Shown piece after piece: positions 42,294 to 51,979 of a DNA stretch of 64,000 nt. Source of the stretch: an uncultured Actinomycetes bacterium (GTDB taxonomy: Bacteria; Actinomycetota; Actinomycetes; S36-B12; CAIYMF01); NCBI GenBank assembly GCA_963818445.1, contig CAWFSG010000018.1, positions 38,639 to 102,638 on the forward strand, written 5' to 3'. The stretch's first letter is position 1; each line of letters starts with the position of its first letter. The notes under the pieces are model-generated. The model was given only the letters and a program-made list of their open reading frames with translations, searched no databases and was not told the DNA's origin. A program made the position numbers and the translations under genes.

Positions 42294-44513
42294 TCAGGTC
42301 TTCTCGAGGTACTCCGCGTGCTCTGGGTCGAACTCGCGGGCCAGCATCCGGGCCAGGACCGGGTGTCCCGAGAGCTCCGGGTCGGCGTCGACGAGTCGGG
42401 TGGCCTCCTCGCGGGCGCGGAGGATGACGTCCTCGTGGTCGAGCACGGACAGCAGCCGCAGGGAACGGCGCAACCCCGACTGTGCGGCGCCGAGGACGTC
42501 GCCCTCCCGGCGGGCGGCGAGGTCATACCGGGAGAGCTCGAACCCGTCGCTCGTGGCTGCCACCGCCGCCAGCCGCTCCCGGGCGTCAGTCCCCTCAGGG
42601 GACTCGGTCACGAGCAGGCAGAGGCCCGCGTGGCGTCCCCGGCCGACACGCCCCCGCAGCTGGTGCAGCTGCGAGACGCCGAACCGGTCGGCATCCAGGA
42701 CGATCATCAGCGTCGCGTTGGGGATGTCGACGCCGACCTCGATGACCGTGGTGGCCACCAGGACGTCGATCCCATCCGGCCGCGAGGGGTCGGCGAACCG
42801 GGCCATCACGTCGTCCTTCTCGGCGGAGGTCATCCGACCCGTCAGGGCCGCCAGCCGCAGCCCCGCCAAGGGGCCGGCCTGGAGCTCGGGAAGGACGGAG
42901 TCGACGGCAGCACCCGCCCGCGCAGCGCCCCCGCCCGACCCCGCGTCTCGCGCGTCCCCCGCATCCCCCAGCGCGGGTTCGCCGTCCGACTCGGCGACCC
43001 CCACCTCGATGCGCGGGCACACGACGTACACCTGGCGCCCCGCCGCCACCTCCTCGCGAGCGCGCTGCCACGCTCGGGCCAGGTAGTCCGGTCGCTCGAG
43101 GGATGGGACCACGTGGGTCACCAGTGGCTTGCGCCCGGCCGGGAGCTCGCGAAGCGTCGAGGTCTCGAGGTCACCGAACACGGTCATCGCGACCGTCCGC
43201 GGGATCGGCGTGGCCGTCATCACCAGGGTGTGCGGCCGCGTCGACTCCCCCGTCTTGGCGGCCAGCGCGGCACGCTGCTCGACGCCGAACCGGTGCTGCT
43301 CGTCGACGACGACCAGTCCCAGGTCGGCGAACTGCACCCGCTCCTCGAGCAGGGCATGGGTCCCCACGACGATGCCCGCCGCGCCGCTCGCGGCGTCCAG
43401 CAGGGCCGCCCGTCGGGCCGGCGCACCCTGAGACCCGGTCAGCAGCGCGATGCGTGTGGCATCGGCACGCCCACCGAGCATCCCGCCCTGCGCCAGGGGT
43501 CCGAGCAGAGCAGCGATGCTGCGTGCGTGCTGCGCGGCCAGCACCTCGGTGGGGGCCAGCAACGCGGCCTGGCCGCCGGAGTCGACGACCCGCAGCATCG
43601 CCCGCAGCGCCACCACGGTCTTGCCCGAGCCGACCTCCCCCTGCAGGAGGCGGTGCATGGGATGGCTCCCGGCGATCTCCTCATCGATCACTGCAGCGAC
43701 CGCGAGCTGCCCGTCGGTCAGCGTGAACGGCAACCCGGCGTCGAACTCGTCGCGCAGGCCACCCGTCCGACCCGGCCTGGGGATCGCCGGAGCGGCCGTG
43801 ATCGCAGCACGCCGCTGGGCCAGCACCACCTGGACCCCGAACGCCTCGTCCCAACGCAGCCGCTCGATCGCACGACGCGCCTGGGCCCGGTCGATCGGCC
43901 GATGGACCCACTGCAGGGCCGTGGGCAGGTCGAGCACCCCCACCCGTGCACGCAGGTCGTCGTCCAGGGGGTCCGGCCACGTGGCGGCCTCCGGGAGCGC
44001 CAGGCGCACGTTGCGCGCGATCGTCCAGCTGTTGACCTTCTCCGTCGCCGGGTACACCGCGATGAGCCGGCCGGCGTAGTCCGCAGCTGCCTCGTCGGCC
44101 GCCTCCTCGTCGACGAACTCATGCTCGGGATGCAACAGCTGGCGCCGGCCGTTGAAGACACCGACCGTCCCGGCGAACAGCCCGAGGCGGCCCGTGCGGA
44201 ACTTCGAGGCGATCCAGTCCTGGTTGAAGAACGTCAGGGTGAGCTCGCCGGTGCCGTCGGTCACGACGGCCTCAGTGATGCTGCGTCGGCGCTTCTCCCC
44301 CGGCTTGGGCTTCAGGGGGCGTGAGCTCGCCGACGCCACCCGCGCCAGGACGGTCACCTGCTCGCCGACCTTCAGCGAGGCCAGGTCCGTGAGCTCGCCA
44401 CGCTCGGCGTAGCGGCGCGGGTAGTGCGCCAGGAGGTCCTCGAGGGTCGTGATCCCCAGGGTTCCCAGCGCCTTGGCCGCCTTGCCGCCGACGACCCCGA
44501 CCAGATCCGCCAC
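42294..44513 (-). CDS. recG: ATP-dependent DNA helicase RecG
   Basis: 739 aa with an OB wedge N-terminus and helicase motifs GEVGSGKT, DEQHRFG, MTATPIPRT, QLHQLRGRVGRG. Confidence 0.95.
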   Translation of the reverse strand: MADLVGVVGGKAAKALGTLGITTLEDLLAHYPRRYAERGELTDLASLKVGEQVTVLARVASASSRPLKPKPGEKRRRSITEAVVTDGTGELTLTFFNQDWIASKFRTGRLGLFAGTVGVFNGRRQLLHPEHEFVDEEAADEAAADYAGRLIAVYPATEKVNSWTIARNVRLALPEAATWPDPLDDDLRARVGVLDLPTALQWVHRPIDRAQARRAIERLRWDEAFGVQVVLAQRRAAITAAPAIPRPGRTGGLRDEFDAGLPFTLTDGQLAVAAVIDEEIAGSHPMHRLLQGEVGSGKTVVALRAMLRVVDSGGQAALLAPTEVLAAQHARSIAALLGPLAQGGMLGGRADATRIALLTGSQGAPARRAALLDAASGAAGIVVGTHALLEERVQFADLGLVVVDEQHRFGVEQRAALAAKTGESTRPHTLVMTATPIPRTVAMTVFGDLETSTLRELPAGRKPLVTHVVPSLERPDYLARAWQRAREEVAAGRQVYVVCPRIEVGVAESDGEPALGDAGDARDAGSGGGAARAGAAVDSVLPELQAGPLAGLRLAALTGRMTSAEKDDVMARFADPSRPDGIDVLVATTVIEVGVDIPNATLMIVLDADRFGVSQLHQLRGRVGRGRHAGLCLLVTESPEGTDARERLAAVAATSDGFELSRYDLAARREGDVLGAAQSGLRRSLRLLSVLDHEDVILRAREEATRLVDADPELSGHPVLARMLAREFDPEHAEYLEKT

Positions 44514-44516
44514 CGA

Positions 44517-46139
44517 CTACTCCACGCCGATGATCGCGTGCCAGCGGGGCTGTCCGCCCTCGTAGCCGACGACCTCGACCTCCGGGTGGTGGCGCTCCAC
44601 CCAGCGCTCGATGCCGTCGAGCAGGTCCGGCGGGGCATCCGCGCCGAGCACGATCGTGACCAGCTCGGCACCACCGCGGGCAAGCATCCGGGTCAGCACC
44701 GCGCGGGCCACCTGCTGCACGTCGGAGCCGATCTCGAGGATGTCCCCGGCGATGAGGCCGAGCTCGTCGCCGACCTTGCAGGCCCCCGCGGTGGTGATCG
44801 CGGCCTTGCTGGCCGTGGTCAACCCGGCGTACTGCGTGGCCGAGGATGCGCGGCTCATGCTCACGACATCGTCGTCGAAGTCCTCCGACGGGTCGTGGAC
44901 CGCGACCGCGGCCAGCGACTGGACGATCGACCTGGTCGGGATGACCGCGACGCGATGACCACTGTCCCGGGCGGCCAGCCCGGCGGCCTCTGCAACCGGC
45001 CGGGAGTCCTTGTCCCCGGGAAGCAGAACCACCTCGTGCGCCCCGGTGGCCTCGATCCCGGCGAGCATCTCGGCGGTCGAGGGCCTCCCGAGCTCGGGCG
45101 CCCGCACGACGGTCACGCCGCTGGCCTCGAGGAGGTCGGCCACCCCGGCCCCATGGGCCACCACCACGAGGGCCCGGCCGGTGGGCTGGGCACCCGCATC
45201 GACGACGGCCGCGAGGTAGGTGATCCGGATCCGGTACGGCACCCCGATGGCCAGCGCGGCCTCGACCGCGGCTCCGGCGTCGTCGACGTGCACGTGGATG
45301 TTCCAGAGGGCGTCCCCACCCACGACGACGAGCGAGTCCCCCAACCCGGCCAGGCGGGCCTTGAACCCGGGGATGGCCTCGTCGGGGGCGTCGAGCAGGT
45401 ACATGACCTCGTACGCCGGGCCACCGTACCCGTGGAGCATGTGCTCGGGGTCCGCCAGGGAGTCCGGCTCCGGCGCGAGGCGGGCGAACTCGGGGAGCTC
45501 GCTGTGGACCCCGGTGACGATCTCGAGGAGGGCATCGGTGAGCACCACGTACCCACGCCCGCCTGCATCCACCACGCCCGCGCGGCGCAGCGCCTCGAGC
45601 TGGCCGGTGGTCGCCGCCAGCGCCGTGCGCGCAGCCTCGGCCGCTGCCCTGGTCACGGCCTGCAGGTCACCATCGGTCTCGGCAGCGATCTCCGTCGCCG
45701 CAGCCGCCGCGGCCCGGGCGACGGTCAGGACCGTGCCCTCCTTGGGGTTGGACACCGCGCTGAACGCCGCGGAGGCGGCCCGGGTGAGCGCGTCGGCCAA
45801 CCAGGACCCGTCCATGGGTCGGGTCAGGTCGGCGGCCCTGGTCGCGGCGATCCCGCGCAGGAGCTCGGACATGATCACCCCGGAGTTGCCCCGCGCACCG
45901 AGGAGCATGCCCCTGGCCAGTGCCGCCAGGCGGGCGTTTCCCGGCTCGGGGATGTCGCCCTCGATGGCCATCATGGCCGCGACGCCGGCCTCGAGCGTGA
46001 GGTACATGTTGGTCCCGGTGTCGCCGTCGGGCACCGGGAACACGTTGAGGGCGTCGATGGCGCGACGGTGGGTCTTCATCCCGTCGAGGGCCAGCGCTGC
46101 CCAGCCCGTCAACGCCTCGGCGTCAAGAATCGTGCGCAT
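44517..46139 (-). CDS. DAK2 domain fusion protein YloV
   Basis: 540 aa with the N-terminal Dak2 block (LNVFPVPDGDTGTNM) and conserved placement between recG and rpmB. Confidence 0.85.
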   Translation of the reverse strand: MRTILDAEALTGWAALALDGMKTHRRAIDALNVFPVPDGDTGTNMYLTLEAGVAAMMAIEGDIPEPGNARLAALARGMLLGARGNSGVIMSELLRGIAATRAADLTRPMDGSWLADALTRAASAAFSAVSNPKEGTVLTVARAAAAAATEIAAETDGDLQAVTRAAAEAARTALAATTGQLEALRRAGVVDAGGRGYVVLTDALLEIVTGVHSELPEFARLAPEPDSLADPEHMLHGYGGPAYEVMYLLDAPDEAIPGFKARLAGLGDSLVVVGGDALWNIHVHVDDAGAAVEAALAIGVPYRIRITYLAAVVDAGAQPTGRALVVVAHGAGVADLLEASGVTVVRAPELGRPSTAEMLAGIEATGAHEVVLLPGDKDSRPVAEAAGLAARDSGHRVAVIPTRSIVQSLAAVAVHDPSEDFDDDVVSMSRASSATQYAGLTTASKAAITTAGACKVGDELGLIAGDILEIGSDVQQVARAVLTRMLARGGAELVTIVLGADAPPDLLDGIERWVERHHPEVEVVGYEGGQPRWHAIIGVE

Positions 46140-46307
46140 GGCCCTCCTGTCGATACCGCCCTAGATTAGTGGCCGGACCCCACGCGCAGCGCGAAGCAAG
46201 CACGGTCACCGGCCGCGATTTGGGTGCTGCTCGCCGATTCGGATATCCTTGTCGCCATATCACTCGGGCCGCACTCGGCCCACCCCCTTCGGAACTGGAG
46301 TACGACT

Positions 46308-46496
46308 ATGGCTGCCAACTGCGACGTCTGCGGCAAGGGCCCCGGTTTCGGCCACAGCATCTCGCACTCCCACCGGCGCACCAAGCGTCGCTGGAACCCG
46401 AACATCCAGTCGGTGCGCACCGTTGTGGGCGGCACGCCGAAGCGGGTCAAGGTGTGCGCCTCGTGCCTGAAGGCCGGCAAGGTCTCGCGCGCCTGA
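46308..46496 (+). CDS. rpmB: 50S ribosomal protein L28 (zinc-ribbon C+ form)
   Basis: 62 aa. [32 protein letters not shown]...CASCLK. Confidence 0.9.
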   Translation: MAANCDVCGKGPGFGHSISHSHRRTKRRWNPNIQSVRTVVGGTPKRVKVCASCLKAGKVSRA

Positions 46497-46511
46497 GACG
46501 GCGAACTCCAG

Positions 46512-46542
46512 GGCCCCGGATCCCCCCAGCGGGACCGGGGCC
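46512..46542 (+). terminator. rpmB terminator hairpin (GGCCCCGG-a-TCCC / GGGA-CCGGGGCC)
   Basis: 12-bp stem with one bulge and a 6-nt loop, 16 nt after the rpmB stop, between convergent rpmB and thiL. Confidence 0.55.
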
Positions 46543-46594
46543 TCGTCATGTCCGGAGGCTTCCAGCTGTTCCCGCAGAGACGCGGCGGTCAGGG

Positions 46595-47581
46595 TTACCC
46601 GCTGAAGTGGTCGTGACCGCCGCTGCCGCGGGGGACGCGCCCACCGACCGTGACCCCGGGGGCCTCGAGCAGCTCGACGTCCGCAACGTCGCTGACCACG
46701 CCGATCGGGGTGAACCCCTCCGGGAGCACCGCATCGGCCGGGAACGTCGCAACCACCGCGTGGTCCTCGCCCCCGGTGAGGACCCACACGAGCGGGTCGG
46801 CATTGAACGCCGCCGCCGCCGAGGCAACCGGCTCGGCGACCTCGAGGCGGGTCGGGTCGATCTCGATGGCCACCTGGGAGGCCCGGGCGATGTGGCCGAG
46901 GTCGGACACGAGTCCGTCGCTGACGTCGATCATCGATGTGGCGCCACCTGCAGCGGCGGCGGCGGCCTCGGCATACGGGGGCTCCGGGCGGCGCTGGGCG
47001 TCCACCAGGGCCCGCGGCGTGCGGAACCCCCGGGAGAGGATCGACAGGCCCGCTGCCGCCCATCCCAGGCGACCGGCGACCGCCACGACATCGCCGGGCT
47101 CGGCGCCTGAGCGCAGGACCGGGTCCGCGCCCAGCATCTCCCCGATCGCCGTCACCGAGATGACCACGCGGTCGCTGCGCACGAGGTCCCCGCCCACGAT
47201 CGCCGCGCCCTGGGCCTCGGCCTCGGCACGCAGGCCGGCGTAGAAGTCGGTGACCCACTCGACCGGCAGGTCCGCGGGCAGCCCGAGGGCGACGACCAAC
47301 GTGGTGGCGCGCGCGCCCATGACCGCCACATCGATCAGGTTCTGCGCGGCAGCCTTGGCCCCGATGTCCGCGGCAGTGGACCAGTCGCGACGGAAGTGCC
47401 GGCCCTCGACGAGCATGTCGGTGGAGACCACGACCCGACCGCCGCGGACCCCGACCACCGCCGCGTCGTCGCCGATCCCCACGTGCACCCCTGCTGCGGA
47501 GTGTCCGTCCAGGGCCGCGTCGATCCGCGTGATCAGGCCGAACTCCCCCACATCGCTGATCAGTTCGCCGCCACCACTCAT
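46595..47581 (-). CDS. thiL: thiamine-monophosphate kinase
   Basis: 328 aa from ATG 47581 with the AIR-synthase-like N-terminus GEFGLI...GIGDDAAV...TDMLVEGRHF. Confidence 0.85.
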   Translation of the reverse strand: MSGGGELISDVGEFGLITRIDAALDGHSAAGVHVGIGDDAAVVGVRGGRVVVSTDMLVEGRHFRRDWSTAADIGAKAAAQNLIDVAVMGARATTLVVALGLPADLPVEWVTDFYAGLRAEAEAQGAAIVGGDLVRSDRVVISVTAIGEMLGADPVLRSGAEPGDVVAVAGRLGWAAAGLSILSRGFRTPRALVDAQRRPEPPYAEAAAAAAGGATSMIDVSDGLVSDLGHIARASQVAIEIDPTRLEVAEPVASAAAAFNADPLVWVLTGGEDHAVVATFPADAVLPEGFTPIGVVSDVADVELLEAPGVTVGGRVPRGSGGHDHFSG

Positions 47582-47675
47582 CGGTCCTCCACTCTGGGCA
47601 CTGCGTCGAGTGCGCACGCTAGTCTGACTGCAGCGCCGCCCGGCACCCGGGTGGCCCTGACGGAAGGCCAGCATC

Positions 47676-47909
47676 GTGGTGCACGCCTACATCCTGATCC
47701 AGACCGAGGTGGGCAAGGCCCAGTCGGTGGTCGCTGAGATCGGCGCCATCGACGGCGTCACGGTGGCCCACGACGTGACCGGCCCCTACGACGTCATCGT
47801 CCAGGCACAGGCCAGCTCGATCGACGACCTCGGGCGCCTGGTCGTTGCCAGCATCCAGAAGGTCCCGGGGATCACCCGGACCCTGACGTGCCCGGTGGTC
47901 AACCTCTGA
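47676..47909 (+). CDS. stand-alone Lrp/AsnC ligand-binding (RAM) domain protein
   Basis: 77 aa. GTG start 8 nt after GGAAGG. HAYILIQTEVGKAQSVVAEIGAIDGVTVAHDVTGPYDVIV is typical of the family. Confidence 0.7.
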   Translation: MVHAYILIQTEVGKAQSVVAEIGAIDGVTVAHDVTGPYDVIVQAQASSIDDLGRLVVASIQKVPGITRTLTCPVVNL

Positions 47910-48367
47910 GGCTCGCTCCCGTCCCATTGCTGGCGGCACTGGCCCTCGGCCTCGGGTCGCTGGTGGCATGCGCGCGACCGGTCGAGGTCGTGGTGCCCGC
48001 CAGCCCGGCACCGGAGGTCGAGGCCGCATGCGCGGTGTTCACCGCGGCCCTGCCCGCGGAGCTCTCGACCGTCGGCGAGCGCCGCGACGTCACGCCGGAG
48101 TCGGACCTCACCGCCGCCTACGGCGACCCGCCCGTCGGCGTCCGGTGCGGGGTCCCCGATCCGGCTGCCCTCGAGCCCACGTCGACCCTGGTCACCGTCG
48201 AGGGCATCGACTGGCTGCCCGAGGAACTGACTGGCGGCTGGCGGATGACCTCCGTGGGCCGCATCGCCAACGTGGAGATCACCGTGCCCACCGAGCAGGG
48301 GCCCGCGCCGTCCGTGGCCGCCGACCTGAGCCCGACGATCACGGCGTCGCTGCCTCCGGCGGGCTGA
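47888..48367 (+). CDS. DUF3515-like putative lipoprotein
   Basis: Lipobox LGSLVAC after a signal-like N-terminus. Size and position near thiL match actinobacterial DUF3515 proteins (assignment from memory). Confidence 0.5.
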   Translation: MPGGQPLRLAPVPLLAALALGLGSLVACARPVEVVVPASPAPEVEAACAVFTAALPAELSTVGERRDVTPESDLTAAYGDPPVGVRCGVPDPAALEPTSTLVTVEGIDWLPEELTGGWRMTSVGRIANVEITVPTEQGPAPSVAADLSPTITASLPPAG

Positions 48368-48478
48368 GTCCACGCGGCGCCGGCGACGCGCAGCGGGCCG
48401 ACCTGCGTTGTGACATGGATCTGGCCATGGGACTGCCGGATCGATGACACAGCGGGCGGCGTCGGCGCCGGCGCCCGA

Positions 48479-50170
48479 TCAGATCCCCGTCGTGGTCCGT
48501 GGGTAGACCGCTGCCGGGTCCGTGATGATGTTGACCAGGTAGGGCACGCCCGAGGCGTAGGCACGATCCAGCGCGGGGCCGATCTGCTCGGGGTCGGTGA
48601 CCATCTCTCCCGCCCCGCCGAGCGCACGCACCACCTCGTCGTACCGGGTGGCCGGGGCCAGCTCGGTGGCCACGCCGTACCCGTGCAGCATCTGCATGGG
48701 TCCGCGCTCGAGGCCCCACCCGGAGTTGTTGCCCATGACCATCACCACCGGCAGGTCATGACGGACCAGCGTGTCGACGTCCATCAGGGAGAACCCGGCT
48801 GCACCGTCGCCCAGCAGCAGTGTGACCTGCGCGTCCGGACGGGCCACACGGGCGCCGATCGCGTAGCCCAAGCCGGTCCCGAGGCAGCCGAACGGACCCG
48901 GATCCAGCCAGCAGCCCGGATGCGCGGGCTCGACGTACCTGCCCGCGAAGGACACGAAGTCCCCACCGTCGCCGATGGTCACCGCATCGTCGGCGAGTCG
49001 GGGCAGGAGCTCGCCGTAGATCCGGGCCGGGTGGATCGGGTCCGACGTGCTGGCCAGAAGCGCCCCGTCCCGGTCCCGGGCGCCGCGGTCGGCAGCCCGC
49101 AGCCCCTCAGCCCACTCCGGCGCGGCATCCGTGCCTGTGGGCGCCAGCCGATCGGCCAGCCCACGCAGGACGAGGGGCAGGTCCCCGCGGACCGCCACCT
49201 CCACCGTGTCGGGTCGGCGGTGGTCGGAGGAGTCCGTCAGGTGGATCACCCTGGCCGGGGACGCAGGGCTGCCGAAGATTCCGTAGCCGAGGCGGAAGTC
49301 CAGGGGGGCCCCGACGACGACCACCACGTCCGCACCCTTGAAGGCTGCCGATCGCGCACGGGTCACCAGGCTCGCATGGCCGGGGGGCAGCAGCCCCCGA
49401 CCAAGTCCGGTGAGGATCGCCGGCAGGTCGAACTGGGTGACGAGGTCGACGGCCTCCTTCTCGGCATGGCCTGACCACACGTCGCTGGAGAGCACGACCA
49501 CAGGCGTCCGGGCGGCGGCCAGGACGGCGGCCGCGCGGTCGAGGGCGCTGGGATCGGGAACCTTCACCCCCGCAGCGACCGGCTCCGGGGCGGGCGCGGT
49601 GGCGCCGAAGTAGAACAGGTCCATCGGCACGTCGAGGAACACCGGTCCGCGGTGCGGGGTCAGCGCGAGCCGGAATGCCTCGGCGGCGCGGGCCCCCATC
49701 GTGGCGGGGTCCTTCAGGGTCCAGGCAGCCTTCGTGACCGGGCCCAGCAGCGCGGGATGGTCGAACTCCTGCAACGAGCCGGAGCCCCAGCGCGCCTCAG
49801 GTGCCCGACCGCCGACCACGACCATCGGGGCGCCGTTGAACAGTCCCGTCGCCAGCGCGGACACCGCGTTGGTCACGCCCGGGCCCGCGGTGACCGCGGC
49901 GAACCCGGGGGTCCGGTCGAGTCGACCTGTGGCCTCGGCGGCGAAGACGGCGGTGGCCTCGTGGCGCACGTCGAGCAGCCGCACGGCGCCGTCTCGCTCT
50001 GCGGACTTCCGGTCGGCTGCGGCATCGAACCCCTGCTTGCCGCCGACCGCGGCGTCGTACAACGGGAAGATGTGGGCCCCCGAGAGGGTGAACAGCGTGG
50101 TGGCACCGTGGGCCCGCGCTGCGGAGACGATGTGGTGCCCGCCGTGGCCGGAGATCTGGGATTCGCTCAT
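48479..50170 (-). CDS. thiamine-pyrophosphate-dependent enzyme (acetolactate synthase large subunit-like)
   Basis: 563 aa from ATG 50170 with the TPP-binding motif GDGAAGFSLMDVDTLVRHDLPVVMVMGNN. Confidence 0.8.
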   Translation of the reverse strand: MSESQISGHGGHHIVSAARAHGATTLFTLSGAHIFPLYDAAVGGKQGFDAAADRKSAERDGAVRLLDVRHEATAVFAAEATGRLDRTPGFAAVTAGPGVTNAVSALATGLFNGAPMVVVGGRAPEARWGSGSLQEFDHPALLGPVTKAAWTLKDPATMGARAAEAFRLALTPHRGPVFLDVPMDLFYFGATAPAPEPVAAGVKVPDPSALDRAAAVLAAARTPVVVLSSDVWSGHAEKEAVDLVTQFDLPAILTGLGRGLLPPGHASLVTRARSAAFKGADVVVVVGAPLDFRLGYGIFGSPASPARVIHLTDSSDHRRPDTVEVAVRGDLPLVLRGLADRLAPTGTDAAPEWAEGLRAADRGARDRDGALLASTSDPIHPARIYGELLPRLADDAVTIGDGGDFVSFAGRYVEPAHPGCWLDPGPFGCLGTGLGYAIGARVARPDAQVTLLLGDGAAGFSLMDVDTLVRHDLPVVMVMGNNSGWGLERGPMQMLHGYGVATELAPATRYDEVVRALGGAGEMVTDPEQIGPALDRAYASGVPYLVNIITDPAAVYPRTTTGI

Positions 50171-50234
50171 GCCTGCGATGCTTCCACCGCAGCGCACGCT
50201 CGCGCCTGCCGGGGACGCCCCCGCGGCCTGCTCA

Positions 50235-50831
50235 TCACCCCGGGAGGGAGGGTTCGGCTCCGATCCGCCAGACCAGGCCTGATCCCGTCTCGGCCGGGGC
50301 CTGCACTGTTCGCTGCTCCCGGCCGACCAGGCGGTAGCCGCACCGTGGGGGGATGGCTGCGCTGCGGGTGTTGGCCTCGTCATGCCGGATCTCCACGTGG
50401 GTGATGCCGGGATGGTCCAGCAGGGCCTGCGTGAGGGCGCGAACCACCCGGGTCATCAGTCCCCGGCCCTCGGCCGCCGCACTCAACCAGTACCCGATCT
50501 CGAGCCCGTCGGCCGCCTCCGTGCGGTTGGTGTGCGCGCCGGTGCCACCCACCACCTGACCGTCCTCGAAGATCCCCAGGACGAGGTCGCCGCCCTCGAG
50601 GCGATCCCGCTCCCAGTCGGCGACCATCTGGGCCCGCGCCCCTTCGGACAGCGGCTCCTGCGCGACCCAGGGCATGAAGGGGCGCAGGTGCTCGATGTTC
50701 TCCGCGATGGCCCGCGCCATCGCGTGGACGTCGCCCGCGCGCCAGGTGCGGACCTCCAACCCGGGCACCTCGATGTGATCCGGCAGGGGCTCGCGGACCG
50801 CTGCCGGCCCCGGGGCGGGCTCCTGGCTCAC
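50235..50831 (-). CDS. GNAT family N-acetyltransferase (RimJ/RimL-like)
   Basis: 198 aa from GTG 50831 (GTGA overlap with the ddl stop), with acetyl-CoA-binding region IGYWLSAAAEGRGLMTRVV. Confidence 0.7.
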   Translation of the reverse strand: MSQEPAPGPAAVREPLPDHIEVPGLEVRTWRAGDVHAMARAIAENIEHLRPFMPWVAQEPLSEGARAQMVADWERDRLEGGDLVLGIFEDGQVVGGTGAHTNRTEAADGLEIGYWLSAAAEGRGLMTRVVRALTQALLDHPGITHVEIRHDEANTRSAAIPPRCGYRLVGREQRTVQAPAETGSGLVWRIGAEPSLPG

Positions 50832-51937
50832 CGCAGTCCGGTCCCGCGGCGCAGCGCGTCGGAGATCAGGTGGTCGACGAGCTCCCGGTAGGTCATCCCC
50901 GACGCCTGCCACATCCGCGGGAACATCGAGATGGACGTGAACCCGGGCATTGTGTTGACCTCGTTGACGATCGCCCGACCCTCGGGCGTCACGAAGAAGT
51001 CCACGCGCGCAAGGCCCTCGCAGGTCAGGGCCTCGAAGGCCCGCACCGCTTGCGCTCGGACCGACGCGTCGACCTCGGCGGGCAGGTCGGCCGGGACGAT
51101 CAGGTCCACGGCGTCCTCGAGGTACTTGGCCTCGAAGTCGTAGAAGTCGTGGCCCGGCCGGACCACGATCTCCGCGCACACGCTGGCCTGCGGCCCTTCG
51201 GCGCCGTCCAGGACGCCGCACTCGATCTCGCGCACCCCGAGGAACCCGGCCTCGACGATGACCCGCGGGTCGTGCACCCGGGCGGCCTCGATCGCGGCGG
51301 GCAGGTCGGACGGATCGGTGACCCGCGTGATGCCCACGCTCGATCCGGCACGCGCCGGCTTGACGAACACCGGCATGCCCAGCGTCCCGAGCCGCCCGAG
51401 GACGGCCTGCGGATCGGAGCGCCACTGCGAGGCCGTGACCAGTTCGTAGGGCCCCACCTCGAGGCCGGCGGCGAGCAGCACGGCCTTCATGTGCCCCTTG
51501 TCCATGGCAGCCGACGACGCGAACACCCCGGAGCCCACGTACGGGATCCCGGCGAGCTCGAGCAGGCCCTGGATCGTCCCGTCCTCACCCCACGGCCCGT
51601 GCAGGACCGGGAACACGACGTCCACGTCGTGCAGGAGCCCGACCGCCGCATCCGCCGGCCGCACGTCGATCCCCCCGTGCGTGGGGTCACCGGGGAGCAC
51701 CACGTGCGACCCGGTCGCGTCCACGGCCGGGAGCCGGCCGTCGGTGATCCGCAGCCGCTCCGGCTCGTCGCGCTCCACGACCCAGCGACCCTCGGTCGTG
51801 ATCCCGATGGGGACCACGTCGTAGGCGGTCCGGTCGATCGCGGACAGGACGCTGCCGGCGCTGATGCAGGAGATCGCGTGCTCGCTGCTGCGCCCGCCGA
51901 AGACCACTGCCACCCGGATCCGCCGATGCTCATCCAC
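50828..51937 (-). CDS. ddl: D-alanine--D-alanine ligase
   Basis: IRVAVVFGGRSSEHAISCISA N-terminus and an ATP-grasp C-terminus (EVNTMPGFT). The start is GTG 51937 or 51958. Confidence 0.85.
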   Translation of the reverse strand: MDEHRRIRVAVVFGGRSSEHAISCISAGSVLSAIDRTAYDVVPIGITTEGRWVVERDEPERLRITDGRLPAVDATGSHVVLPGDPTHGGIDVRPADAAVGLLHDVDVVFPVLHGPWGEDGTIQGLLELAGIPYVGSGVFASSAAMDKGHMKAVLLAAGLEVGPYELVTASQWRSDPQAVLGRLGTLGMPVFVKPARAGSSVGITRVTDPSDLPAAIEAARVHDPRVIVEAGFLGVREIECGVLDGAEGPQASVCAEIVVRPGHDFYDFEAKYLEDAVDLIVPADLPAEVDASVRAQAVRAFEALTCEGLARVDFFVTPEGRAIVNEVNTMPGFTSISMFPRMWQASGMTYRELVDHLISDALRRGTGLR

Positions 51938-51979
51938 GGCCCCGACCCTAATGCGCACCAGCCGGTAGGCTGCGGCGGC